64,000 nucleotides of DNA, from positions 30,194,001-30,258,000 of the forward strand of contig NC_088792.1 of the NCBI RefSeq assembly GCF_011386835.1, read 5' to 3'. Each line of letters starts with the position of its first letter. Position 1 is the first letter of the stretch. The position numbers were made by a program, and so were the translations under genes. The notes beneath the pieces were generated by a model that ran no database searches, was not told the DNA's origin, and was given only the letters and a program-made list of their open reading frames with translations. The DNA comes from Chrysemys picta bellii (taxonomy: Eukaryota). Shown here one piece after another: positions 23,793 through 36,000 of this stretch.

Positions 23793-26748
23793 TTAAACCA
23801 TTCCCTCCATAAACTTATCTAACTTTATCTTAAAACCAGACAGGTCCGTCGCCCCCACCGTTTCCCTCGGTAGGCCGTTCCAATATTTCACCCCTCTGAC
23901 GGTCAGAAACCTTCGTCTAATTTCAAGTCTGAACTTCCCCACGGCCAGTTTGTATCCATTCGTTCTGGTATCCACGTTAGTACTAAGCTGGAATAATTCT
24001 TCTCCCTCCCTTGTATTAATCCCTCTAATATATTTAAAGATAGCAATCATATCCCCTCTCAGCCTTCGCTTTGTCAGACTAAACAACCCAAGCTCCTCTA
24101 GTCTCCTTTCGTACGACAGCTTTTCCATTCCTCTGATCATCCTAGTGGCCCTTCTCTGCACCCGTTCCAGTTTGAGTTCATCTTTTTTAAACATGGGAGA
24201 CCAGAACTGCACACAGTACTCCAAATGAGGTCTCACCAGCGCCTTGTACAACGGAAGCAGGACCTCCTTATCCCTACTAGATATACCTCGCCTAATGCAT
24301 CCCAAGACAGCATTTGCTTTTTTCACCGCCACGTCACATTGTCGACTCATAGTCATCCTGCGGTCTACAAGAACCCCTAGGTCCTTCTCCTCTTCCGTTA
24401 CTTCTAACCAATGCGTCCCCATCTTGTAACTAAAATTGTTATTAGTCATCCCCAAATGCATCACCTTACACTTTTCACTATTAAATTTCATCTTATTTCT
24501 GATACTCCAATTCACAAGCTCATTCAAGTCTCCCTGCAGGATATCCCTGTCCTCCTCCGAATTTACAACGCCTCCCACCTTCGTATCATCTGCAAATTTT
24601 ATCAGCCCACTCCTGCAATCGGTTCCGAGGTCAGTTATAAATAGATTAAATAAAATGGGTCCCAAAACCGAACCTTGAGGCACTCCACTAGTAACCTCCC
24701 TCCAACCCGACAGTTCACCCTTTAATACAACCCGCTGCATTCTCCCCAGTAACCAATTCCTTATCCACTTCTGGATTTTCATATCGATCCCCATGTTTTT
24801 CAGTTTAACCAATAATTCCTCATGGGGTACAGTATCAAACGCTTTACTGAAATCCAGGTATATTAGGTCCACCGCATTTCCCTTATCTAATAAATCCGTT
24901 ACTTTCTCAAAGAAGGAGATCAGATTCGTTTGGCACGATCTGCCCTTCGTAAAACCATGTTGTAATTTATCGCAATTGCCACTACCCTCCAGGTCCTCAA
25001 CTAGTTTCTCTTTCAGAATTTTCTCTAACACCTTGCACACTACAGATGTTAGACTAACAGGCCTGTAGTTACCCGGATCACTTTTTTTCCCTTTCTTGAA
25101 AATAGGAATCACATTAGCTATTCTCCAGTCTAATGGGACCACCCCCGAGTTTACAGATTCATTAAATATTATCGCTAATGGGCCTGCTATTTCCCGCGCC
25201 AATTCCTTCGATATTCTCGGATGTAGATCGTCCGGTCCTCCCGACTTAGCCCCATTAAGGCGTTCAAGGTTTGTTTCCACCTCGGATACGGTAATCCCCC
25301 ATCCCGAATGCCCCTCTATAGTGGTGCTAGTATCCCTAATACCTTCATTGGCCTCATTAAACACCGATGCAAAATATTCATTAAGATATTGCGCCATGCC
25401 TAGATTGTCTTTAATCTCCTCTCCGGCAATAGACTTCAGCGGTCCCACTTCTTCTTTCTTTGTTTTCTTCCTATTTATGTGGCTGTAAAACCTCTTACTA
25501 TTGCTTTTAATTCCCCTCGCTAGGTCCAACTCTACACGGCCTTTGGCCTTTCTCACTCTATCTCTACATTCTCTGACTTCACTTAGGTACATTTCCTTAC
25601 TGATCCCTCCCCTCTTCCACTCTTTATCCGCTTTCTGTTTTTTCCTAATCGCCCCTTTGAGTCGGTCGCTCATCCAGCTCGGTCTAAATCTCTTGCTTAG
25701 TAATCTTTTTCCCTTTTTTGGAATACAGGCCTCCGACAGCTCATGCATCTTTAACTTAAAGTAATCCCAGGCTTCTTCTGCTTTTAAATCCATTAATACG
25801 TTTGCCCAGTCCACTTCCCTTACCAGTCCCCTTAGTTTGTTAAAATTGGCCTTTTTAAAATTATAAACCCTAGTCTTTGATTTAATTCTGTTACTCCTTC
25901 CATGTATTTTAAACCGAATTAGCTCATGATCACTGGAGCCCAAATTGTCCCCTACTACCACTTCCTCAACAAGGTCCTCACTACTTGCCAGAATCAAATC
26001 TAAAATGGCCTCCCCCCTCGTCGGTTCAGTTACCACTTGATGGAGGAATTGATCAGCAAGCACTTCTAGGAACATCTGAGCCCTGTTATTGCTACTAGCG
26101 TTTGTTCCCCAATCTATATACGTGAAGTTAAAGTCCCCCATAATTACACAGTTTCTGTTAGTAATTACTTTTCTAAACACATTAAATAGTTCCTTATCCA
26201 TATCCTGGGTCGATCCCGGCGGTCTATAGCACACTCCAAGCACTATCCCCGGAGAGGCTCTAGTAGTCCTATTACCCAGTGTGAGTATTGCCCAGACAGA
26301 CTCTGTGTTATCTAATCCATCCACTATTATTTCTTTACAGTTTATTTCACTATTGACATACAAGGCCACCCCCCCCACCTTTACCTTTGTTCTGGTCTTT
26401 CCTAAACAGCGCATACCCCTCCATACCTGTGTTCCAGTCTTGACTGCCATTCCACCACGTTTCCGTTATTCCTACGATATCCGGTTTCAGTTCCTGGACC
26501 AAGAGCTCCAATTCCTCCATTTTATTACCTAGGCTTCTGGCATTGGTGTATAAACACCCTAATGTATGTTGTTTAGCCCGTCTCCCATTAGCAGCACTAT
26601 ATGTTGCGGGCCTCCTTGTGTCCGTCCCCCCTGTCCTTCCTATGTCCAATCTCATCTCCCCGGCTATGTCTCCTCTCCTTTTACTCACCTTTTCCATACT
26701 GGAATCTGGCGTGGAGATTAACTGTGCATCTCCCAACCGTCTCCCCAA
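23793..26748 (-). CDS. CR1 ORF2 (APE endonuclease + reverse transcriptase), broken only by a +1 frameshift in a G8 run at 26369-26376
   Basis: EN motifs LYTNARS, GITETW, MGDFN and SSDH; RT motifs [24 protein letters not shown] and FADDTKV. The 132-aa and 885-aa ORFs join if G8 is read as G7 (KGGGVALYV). First in-frame ATG is at 26697. Confidence 0.93.
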
Positions 26749-26753
26749 ACTTC

Positions 26754-27890
26754 CTAGTTTAAAGCTCTTTTGATTAGATGAGCCAGCCTCCCTCCCAGAA
26801 GTCTATTTCCTTCCCTACTCAGGTGAAGCCCATCCCGCGAGAACAGGTGTCTGTCCCCGAAAGCCTCCCAGTGGCCATACATCCCAAAGCCCTCCTTATA
26901 GCACCACTCCCTTAGCCAACTATTTATTCTCACAATCCTATCAGCCCTTTGCTGCCCTTCCCTTGGAACGGGCAGAATCCCACTAAAGATAATCTGAGCC
27001 TCTATCTCCTTGAGCGTCTTCCCCAGCCTGGCATAATCTCCCTTGATCCTCTCTAACGAGAACCTAGCCGTGTCATTCGTTCCCACATGAAGGATTATCA
27101 AGGGGTTCTTACCTGCTCCTTTTAGGATCCTTTTCAACCGCAGGTCCACATCGCGTATCTTTGCGCCCGGGAGACAGCACACCCTTCTGTTCTCCGGGTC
27201 CGCCCTGGTCACAGGCCTGTCCAATCTCCTCAGTAAAGAGTCACCAATCACATACACCTGCCGTTGCCTGGCAACAGTGCGATCTAGTAATCTAGTCTCC
27301 GATCCCTCTAGTCCTGACCTGTGCCTGTTCCTATCTTCCCTTATGCTCCCCCTTATGCCTTCCTGAATCCTCCCGGGGCCCAGAATTGGTGCTGTCTCCA
27401 TCAACTCCTCCCCTCTCTCTCCTGGACTAGCTGCTCTTCTCTTCTTCCTCACCCTCCCACCTTCAGTCGCCACCTGCTGCCCCTCCACCTCGCTATCCAA
27501 ACACTCGAACCTATTCCTGAGTTCTATTCCCCCCTCACTGGCCCTTCTTTTCCTTGGCCTACTTCTCACAGTCACATGCTTCCACCTCCCATGTTCTCCC
27601 CCCTCCATTCCCCTCTCACCGTCCTCTACCTCTGCCTCTACCTCCGCCACAGGGCATTCTCCTTCAGCCCCCCCTTGCCTTTCCTCCATCAGCTGCTCAA
27701 ACCCCCGCCTAAACTCCACCAGGGTATCTACCTGCATCTGCAGCCCCTTAATCTTTTCCTCCAGTAACACTATCAGGCGACACTTCATACACACATACCT
27801 TTGTTCCAGGTCTCCTGCTAGGACTATATACATACCACAGCTCCCACATGTCGCCATCTGCATTCTGTCTGCTGCTGCTGCTTGGCTCAT
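26754..27890 (-). CDS. CR1 ORF1p, 378 aa (zinc finger, coiled coil, SGNH/GDSL esterase-like domain)
   Basis: ATG at 27890 in GCAGCC-ATG context. C-x2-C-x15-C-x2-C (CGSC...CMKC); heptad segment LLEEKIKGLQMQVDTL; esterase blocks VIGDSLLR, VGTND and DGLHL; ends RALN*. Confidence 0.93.
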   Translation of the reverse strand: MSQAAAADRMQMATCGSCGMYIVLAGDLEQRYVCMKCRLIVLLEEKIKGLQMQVDTLVEFRRGFEQLMEERQGGAEGECPVAEVEAEVEDGERGMEGGEHGRWKHVTVRSRPRKRRASEGGIELRNRFECLDSEVEGQQVATEGGRVRKKRRAASPGERGEELMETAPILGPGRIQEGIRGSIREDRNRHRSGLEGSETRLLDRTVARQRQVYVIGDSLLRRLDRPVTRADPENRRVCCLPGAKIRDVDLRLKRILKGAGKNPLIILHVGTNDTARFSLERIKGDYARLGKTLKEIEAQIIFSGILPVPREGQQRADRIVRINSWLREWCYKEGFGMYGHWEAFGDRHLFSRDGLHLSREGNRLLGGRLAHLIKRALN

Positions 27891-28034
27891 GGCTGCTGCG
27901 GTCCCTGCCCACAGCACCTGGGGGCATGGAGTACAGAACACACCGCGCCCTCCTGCCTCCCCGCTTACCTCCCCCTGCAAACTCCCTCTCAAACTCCCCT
28001 GTTAGCCGCCCTGTTTGCTGCCGCTGCTCGCAGC

Positions 28035-28110
28035 TGACATTTTAAACTGTTAACTACCTGGGTTGAATAAGGCTATAAGTAGCTCCGACCCCACCCAACC
28101 TTTGTTTATT
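28035..28110 (+). repeat. 76-bp direct repeat, right copy (target-site duplication of the CR1)
   Basis: Identical to 23343-23418. Flanking bases differ (a/c before, a/g after), which fixes the boundaries. Confidence 0.97.
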
Positions 28111-31100
28111 GCCATCCTTCCTATGGATGGTCTGTCTTATATTATTCTTGTTCAGTACTGCCTTACTCCACAAGTAGCTGCACTGAGATTAGATTTAATG
28201 GGGCTACTTGCAGAATAAAGGTACCCCTTCATGTGAGTGAGGGTGACAGAATCGGGCCTTTATATTGTAAGCTTCTCAGAGCAGGGACCTGTCAGTTTTA
28301 TTTATACATAAGGCTCCATAATTCATTTGTGGTGCTGTATAAATAATTTTTTAAAATCCATATATTTTCATTAGTGTTACCTCAAAAACACCGGGCCCGA
28401 TTCTTATTTACAGAAAACCTCTTCTCACCGCTCTGGCAATGTAAATGAGCCTTACATTTATGCCCATTATAAGGCCCCTTTACACTGGCAGAGTGGTGAA
28501 AAGAGGCTTAATGTAAATGCGACTCTGATTTCCTATTAAAAGGGGCTTTTAAGAATGGCATGCGTCCTGTCCTGGGTAATTCAATGACAACATTGTGGGG
28601 AACAGCTAACCGTCAGACCTGTCCAACGCACCAAACTAAAAATAATACCTGAAAAGAGAGGGGCGTGCATGTTTGGCTCGTCTTTCTCTTCCTTGTGGCA
28701 TATTCTTCCTATGACTGTGGTAAACTGTGGACAGCTAGTAAATGGGGTTTGAGACTCAGTGGGATCCTTTGTGCCTACTACTATTCCATTTGATTTTAGC
28801 ACTTACTCATACTTTACATGAAGTTCAGTGCATTCCTGTTCTTCCACTGCCAGCACCATAAACCAACAACCCTGACCCCCTAGACTGCCTAAAAATAGTT
28901 TTCTGTCTTATAGGCCTGTGGATCTAGGGACCATTAGAAACTAATAGCACTGGTATTCCAGGGACTTAGGTTGCTTTCCTTTTTCCTCCTTGAATCTTGA
29001 TGGACTATAAAACAAATTTTAATATAAATTCATGAGGATTTATGTAGAGCCCCTATTGTGAGGAGTATTTGCTGTGACACTATCCAGTGTTTGGGTTATG
29101 ATGGGGGGGGGGGAGAGACTTGAAGATTTACAGTGAGCTCTATTCAAAACATTCATTTTAATTACTCAGATGATCTGTATACTCTCTGACTAGATCCCAA
29201 GTGCTGACACTGTTGTGAGAACCACTTAATTATACATTTACCACAGCCTCACTGAAACCCTGGAATGTTTGCTTCTTCCCTCTCCAAACAGGCTTGATTT
29301 GTAATCTAAAGAGTGACAGCTATTTGTTGTTTTTCCAAAAACATAGTGAGTTAGTACTTCTAGAAATGTTTTCAATGGGAAAATGTATGGCAAGATAAGA
29401 AAGAAATGAACTTCCTATGGAAGGTTACAAAGCAGGAAGTGAACTTGGTTCCACCCAAAAGTACACCTTGTTGCTACTATACTTAAAGGTTGTTATAATT
29501 TTCTAGAAGTAAGCAATAACTCTTTTCAGTTCTTTAAATGATTTATTTAAGTGCAACTATTTTCTATGGTGAGCCAAGATAGTTATAAAAAGTGTAATTT
29601 AGCCCAGCAGAGATTCAAAACTTGTCACTCTTCATCAGTATAACTGTACAATCAAGATGCAAAAGTGGAATAAGACGACATCCTGTTGCCAAGATATGAA
29701 AGAAGAAAGCAGCTTCTGTTTTTTTCATGCTGTAGAAGACAAAGTTTAATAAAAGTAAACTTGCACAATGTTTTCCTTTAGAGTGGAGCAATACTTGATA
29801 TAAAGGAGAAAAAAGCTGCTATTTCAGCTGTCTAGTTAGTAATTATCATAAAATATATTCCACCAATGAACTATCTAGCAACAGAGTGAGCACACAAAGT
29901 TCTCTACTACCCAGCATACCTGTGCTGTAGAAGCTTTGTGGTTTTCTTGTTGAAAAACATATAGTAAATGCTTTTTGAAAGCCTTAAAATGCTTTTGAAA
30001 AGCAATAGCTCTTTCAGTTCTTAAAGGAAGTGTTATGTTCTTCCCATTAGGTGCTGTTAACATCTGTTCCCTTCTAGTCCTGTTGACCTAAATGTGCAGT
30101 TGGGGCCTGATGTTGTGCAACATAGTTATACCACAGGGCACTCCATTTGTACTAGGCACTCACAGTGGACATACACAGATTTAAAAAATCTCTAAAGGGC
30201 ATAACTATTGACATCAGCAGTTTCCTGGAGTGTACCCCTTCTGAGCACAATGGGCGTACTCTACTGCAATAAACAAGAAGTAGTTTTAGAACAGTGTTTG
30301 AGAAAGTACAAGAATTGCCTTGAGAAGGAGGATGGAAATACTGTTTAATTTGTACCCTTCAGTGAGGCTCTTAGGAAAGAGATGAGGTGAGAGTACTGTT
30401 TTAAAAAAAGAAATGAAATTAATTACCTCGGAGGAGGAACCGTGTGTGTGACTGCTTCATACTTACATCCCAAAACCCACTCTGATTTATTACATGGATA
30501 TCTCTTATAAAGGACATGTTAGGCATTCCCTATATTCCCACTATTGAGGAAGTAAGTAGCTCAATTTAGTTCACCAGGACCACTCAGAAAAGTATAATCT
30601 ACCCTCAGTAGTAAATATTTGCAGGATCCAGAGGCCTTAAACTATAAGTAACTTACAGCAAGTTGTGTGTCTCTGTGTCTCCTTGTGTATCTTGTACAGT
30701 ACACTGGTACTTCTTAACAGATAACATATGATGATGATAATAGGTGAAAGGTAGTATAATAGTTAACTTCTATAATGTTCTTATAATTAGCAAACTCAAT
30801 TTGACCCACTGTTATTTTATTATTAGTCTTCTTTACATGTAAAACAAACTATATTTAACCAGACTGTTTATTCTTATAGCCTGGCTTGTTTGTTTATGTG
30901 ACCTAAAACATATCCTGCTTCCAATCCAAGTATTTCATGGTTGACGGAAGTGGTGCAGCCTTGTCAGGGGGAAAAGAGTCCTGTACAGGAACTTTTAGGA
31001 AGGAAATGACATCACTGTGTGGGGTTTTTAATGCCTTTTAAGATCTTGTAAACTGATTTAATGCTTGTGAAAGGTTCCAGAATGACAGCCCTGGAAGTTG

Positions 31101-33119
31101 AGTAGTTTCTTAAAGACCCAGTTTAACTTTTTGTTGTCTGGAAAGATATTATGCTTCCCACTCTTCCCCTTCTCAAACTGTATAACCAGTAATGTAATGT
31201 ATTGGTACGGTGTGAATGATGCCATACTTTTCTAAGAACTAAAAGATTATATATAAGAACACTGAAATCTTGTTTCTCATGGCTCAGACATTGAGATGTT
31301 TAGAAGTTAAAAGGTTTTTCACATGATCTATTTTATATGATTATGATTTTCTGAAAAATGTTCCTGTAACATCAGTTGTACTTACTCTCTACAGAATTAT
31401 TTTCCATCCCTTAAAATACCAATGACATTTAAATAGGTTTTCAATCTGATGTATTTGACTCATGCATGCAGATTTTTCTTAGATTATGGACGTATGAAAC
31501 ATTTTTATAGTTAATAGAGCAGATATTTGTAACTGATAAGCAATTGAGTACAGCATGTGATCATTTTATGCATTTGTCATGTTACATTATTAATTAATTT
31601 GAAAGAAACATGAAAAGAACAGGTTTTGCTTCATTTTAATTTTTATAAACCATCTAGAAAATTAATATTAATAGATTTTGTAATAATATATTGCACTTGT
31701 ATAATACAATACATTATTTAATAAAAATGTTCCCTGCATCTAAACACTGAACCATTAGTGCAGAAGAACATGATGCCTATAGAAAGAGTCCTACTATTGG
31801 GCATCTAAGACTAATCCTCCTATCCAGCACCCTCACCTAACAAGCAGAGGAGAAGGAAGATAACAGTCTCAATTTCTGGCCTATCGCACTGAGACATGGT
31901 TTATTATTACTTCCAGCTCATGCCTCTCATGTAACCTAATAGTTGTAGTATATGGCATTGGGTATTACATGTCATAAAGAAAACGCTACAAAACTGTCTG
32001 ATTTTCTTTATCACTGGCATAATACATCTAGTACAAAAGTAGTAAAAGGGTTTCCTCTGTGTAGTTTTATGTATCCTCTTAAGTTGCACTTTCCCATTTG
32101 CCTGAGATCAGTTACGTGCACAGTTCCTAGAATGGAGTCACATGAACCCACCCCTTCCCAAGGATAGCTAAATACCCCTCAAGGAAGGAAGGAATGCATC
32201 TGGTCTGATTTAATTAGCTAGGTGTGATTTAAAGGTTGCAGAAATCAAAAAGGCTTATTCATTTTCCCTCAATAATCATTTTCCTTAATATTTCATCAAA
32301 ACCTGCTGATTTGGAGACCACCTTCTGGGCTTTGATTCATTATGACTACAGACATAATTTAATTTTTCCCCTTTTTCTCATTCTGTGATATACTCTTTCA
32401 TCTCTGAGACACTGTTAGAATGTTTCTAACATTCACAGATTGCTAATTGATCTAACTTTTTTTAAACTGTACTTAAAGCTAAGATCTCTCTGCCGTAAAA
32501 GCAATTTTTCATGCATTTGCTTTTAATACGTTTTCTTTCATTCTGTGCATCTGATAATGTGAAAATTTTCTTACATGTGTACTGAAAATTAAGGACATTT
32601 CATTTTTTTATGCCCTAGTAATAGTAAATCACATTCCTCTGTAATTTGGAAACATTCTTGGGCTATAGACTGAAGATGATGCCAGAACATTGACTCAGAA
32701 ACTTATTTGTTCTACAGTCATTTATTATTATCACTACTACAGCACTCAGATGTGTGCAAGGTGCTTCAGAGTACCAATAGAAAGAAATGACTTCAGCCCT
32801 GATGAGTTTACAATTTCAGTTTGGGTGTGATGCAATGGGTGAGGGTAACAAACATTAGGGAGGTCATGGGGGTGAGATTAGGAGTAGTCTTTAAAGCAAT
32901 AAGGTCACACAGTTACTGAGTTAGACATCTGCAGATATTTATGGTTCAATTGGAACTAATTTGAAATTTTAAAAAAAATTACTGTTGAGTCACTTTGCAT
33001 AAGCCCCACATCAGAAGTGTGTCTCAAGGAATTTGAATGAGAGGGGGTACTAACTTGGAGCACCAGAATTGAAAGGGCATTTCAATGGAAGAAGCCCTAG
33101 TCAAAAGAGCTAGTTCCAT

Positions 33120-33300
33120 TCTTCTGGCACCATGGAACTCTCAAAAATAAGAATCTAGCTCATCTCTGCAGGAGACAGAACCTTCTCTGGGGGTGAGGAG
33201 ACTGTGGAATGAACTTCCCCAGGAACAAAGGCCTATCCCAAAACTCACCACTTTCCACTCCAAGTGCAATGAGTGTTTATTTGACCTGCTTTCTCTAGCA
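33120..33300 (+). mobile_element. L2-like LINE 3' fragment
   Basis: ggagacagaaccttctctgg...gagactgtggaatgaacttccccaggaac...ctcaccactttccactccaagtgcaa...tttgacctgctttctct (GDRxFS...LWNELP pattern). Confidence 0.55.
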
Positions 33301-35764
33301 TAAAGACACAGATAGCAATAGGTATATTAAACAAACAAAAAACCCACAACACCAGCACCCTACCAAAACAAGACACTCCACTCCGCATGCTTCTCCCTCT
33401 GGGGAGGGGTTAGGAGAACAAACAACACATGATAGATCACATTGCTTAATGCTCTACTAAAAGGTGCTCAGATACTAACGTGAGGAGCAGAATATAAAAA
33501 TCGATACTATATAGAATAGACTTCAGCAGGACTATTCACGTGAGTAAGGGTTGTGGGATTGGCACCTACATGACCATACTCTGAACACTGGTAACTTCTA
33601 GTTTAGAAAATGCATTAGTGCTGCTGTTTTCAATGGAGTTACACTGCTTGCTTCCTGATGGAAAATCTTACTACATATCGGAGTACAAGGAGCCTTAAAT
33701 GCAGGTTTTAACCCTACCAATCACTGGTTACGTGCCGACAACAGAATTCAGTGGGACAGGAAAGATAAAACTACCAGTCAGACTGGGACTGGTTTTGGTG
33801 GTGGTGGATCTGGAGGAGCCAGAATCGTTGTATTTTGACAGTTTACTTTACTCATCTCTCACTCATAAAAAGACTACACTTAGTGAACGCAGTTGATGTC
33901 CATACTAGGCATGTACATGATTTAGAGCAGGATCATGTTTTTCTTTTAATATGCATGATGATTTACCTCAATCCAGTCTAAATTGAATTTCAAAAAATGT
34001 TCTCTAGGTCTTGCTTAGATGGTCAGAGCTAAATTGTAGCTTGTCTTCTAAAGCCACATTGAATAATTTGAGTAGACTCAATTTCATTAGCTTTCATTAG
34101 TTGTACCATTTTTGATGGTAGGTAAAATTGCTGCAGCTTAGGACATCAGAATTGAATAGGACAATCGGTGGAACCTAGACAGCATTCAACATTAGAAATA
34201 ATCTTGCTTCATTGGGCCTCAAATTTACATTTTTTAATACTCCTTACCATACTCACCACTGCCTCCATCGTGTATGTATATATATTGTGTGTGTATGTAA
34301 TGTATACAAATGTATATAAAGTGTGTGTCTGTGTGTGTTGAGATAGACATAAATATGTACATCTGTTTAATATATCACTTGATAACATCAGAAATGTGAA
34401 ATTTAAGAATCAAGATTATACAGGATTTGAAGGATTATGTAAATAACACAGGATAAGGGCCACCTTGCAAAATTATAATTCATTATTTACATGCAACATT
34501 TCTTGACATATTTGCTGATGTTCATAGTTCTTACTCGTATTGCATTTCCATAAAATGAATATTTTGTTCATACATATTTCATAGTTACACTTAGCCATGT
34601 GGCTTGTTTTGCCTGAATTATTTTAATAAATCCATTGTCTCTTTCATATAGTATGAAAGGGCAAACCATAACCCTTAATTTTTCTTTGTCGTCTAGGAAG
34701 TATATGAAGCTACTTTTTCTTTTCTCAGAACATACACTGATAAATACTCATAAAAGTAACCTTTATGGTATAAATAAGAGAACTTTAAGAATACAGCTGT
34801 GCAATGTCTGTGCTATTGGAGTGATGAAAATGTATACCAGCTGAGGATGTGTTCCTGTATTTGTTTACAGTTTATGCCTTTCAGTTTACTGCAAATTCTT
34901 CCACAGAAGTCATACTATGCTGGCACTGTTACTATTATTGTGGCCCTGCTTTTATTATAGCACTGTTTCTGTTACACTTACAAAGGGCTTTTAGCTTTCT
35001 TATTTTAACATTTTAGGATTCTGTAGCTCATCTGTACACAGCCCTTAGCTGGAATTTAGTATAAAAAAATCATGGCCCAAAGAGATTTGATACTGCATTA
35101 TCAAGGGACTGTAATGAAAGCTTCCATCCAGACCACGACAACTGCTCACCTACTCTTGTTTTGTGAGCTAAAAATCACAGATAGTGAGTGCTGTGGCTTT
35201 GCCGGAGAAGAGGGTAAGGGCTCCACAGGAGAAGGTGATAGGGAGGAAATGGAGCATCTCCTCTGTAGAGATCAGGAGCTCTACAGGACAATGATCTGGG
35301 AGAGAAAACTTACTGCTGAGCTCAGCTATGCTTCCATCCCCCTGCCAGCATGTGCTGGTGTGAGAAGGTTACATGTTCTGTGTAATGATCCACAAGTTGA
35401 TCTATTATTTAGAGAGGGTTGTCTTTCATCTACACAACATATTGGAACACCCGTCAATGATCCCAAAGAACTTTATAAAATTTAACTAATGCACATATCA
35501 GTATAAAGATCCATTCACCCCACTACTGAAACCTTCACCCAACGTGTAAAGATCCCTCTACTGAAATGCAACTACCTCTGGAGTGAAATATAACAGCTGT
35601 GACAGGAAGTGAAGACTATTGAAGTCAGTTGAATCTTCAAGGGGAATTAGGTAGGCAAAGATAATTACCTGAGCTGGAATTTGGCCATGGCACCAAGGTT
35701 AACACCAGTTCATGTATGAAAAGTGCCAGGTGACATTATTGTGTTGAATTCTAGAAAAGCACAT

Positions 35765-36000
35765 TAATTAGAGATAGAAAAGACCCTATTGGTCCAGCCT
35801 CCTGCTTACACAGAATTGCATCTTACAGTATATTTTCTACCACCGTGTCCAGTCCGGTTTCAAATGTCTTTTGGGATGGGTGTTTTTCACCACCTTATGT
35901 TGGGACACTATTCTTCATCTTTATACATCACAGCTAGGAAGATTATTTCTTGAAATTTAACCTAAATTTTCCTTTTTTTAACATCATCCACTTATTCCTA
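35765..36000 (-). mobile_element. Old, diverged CR1 3' fragment
   Basis: gaaaagaccctattggtccagcctcctgc...gtccagtccggtttcaaatgtc...cagctaggaagattatttcttgaaatttaacctaaatttt is the reverse complement of the FRLNxRKxF...RLD region. Confidence 0.55.

Larger units (their letters stand above)
23419..28034 (-). mobile_element. Full-length, young CR1 LINE (4616 bp): 144-nt 5' UTR, ORF1, ORF2, 374-nt 3' UTR, (GTCTATGA)2 tail
   Basis: ORF1 with zinc finger and SGNH esterase; ORF2 with APE endonuclease and RT; 3' stem-loop; exact flanking duplication; CpGs retained. Confidence 0.97.

Noticed and set aside
23950-27767. Several plus-strand ORFs of 60-150 aa inside the CR1
   Set aside because: Antisense shadows of the CR1 coding frames.
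35072-35485. 137-aa ATG-initiated ORF
   Set aside because: No homology recognised; it overlaps repeat-like sequence and is within chance length for 64 kb.
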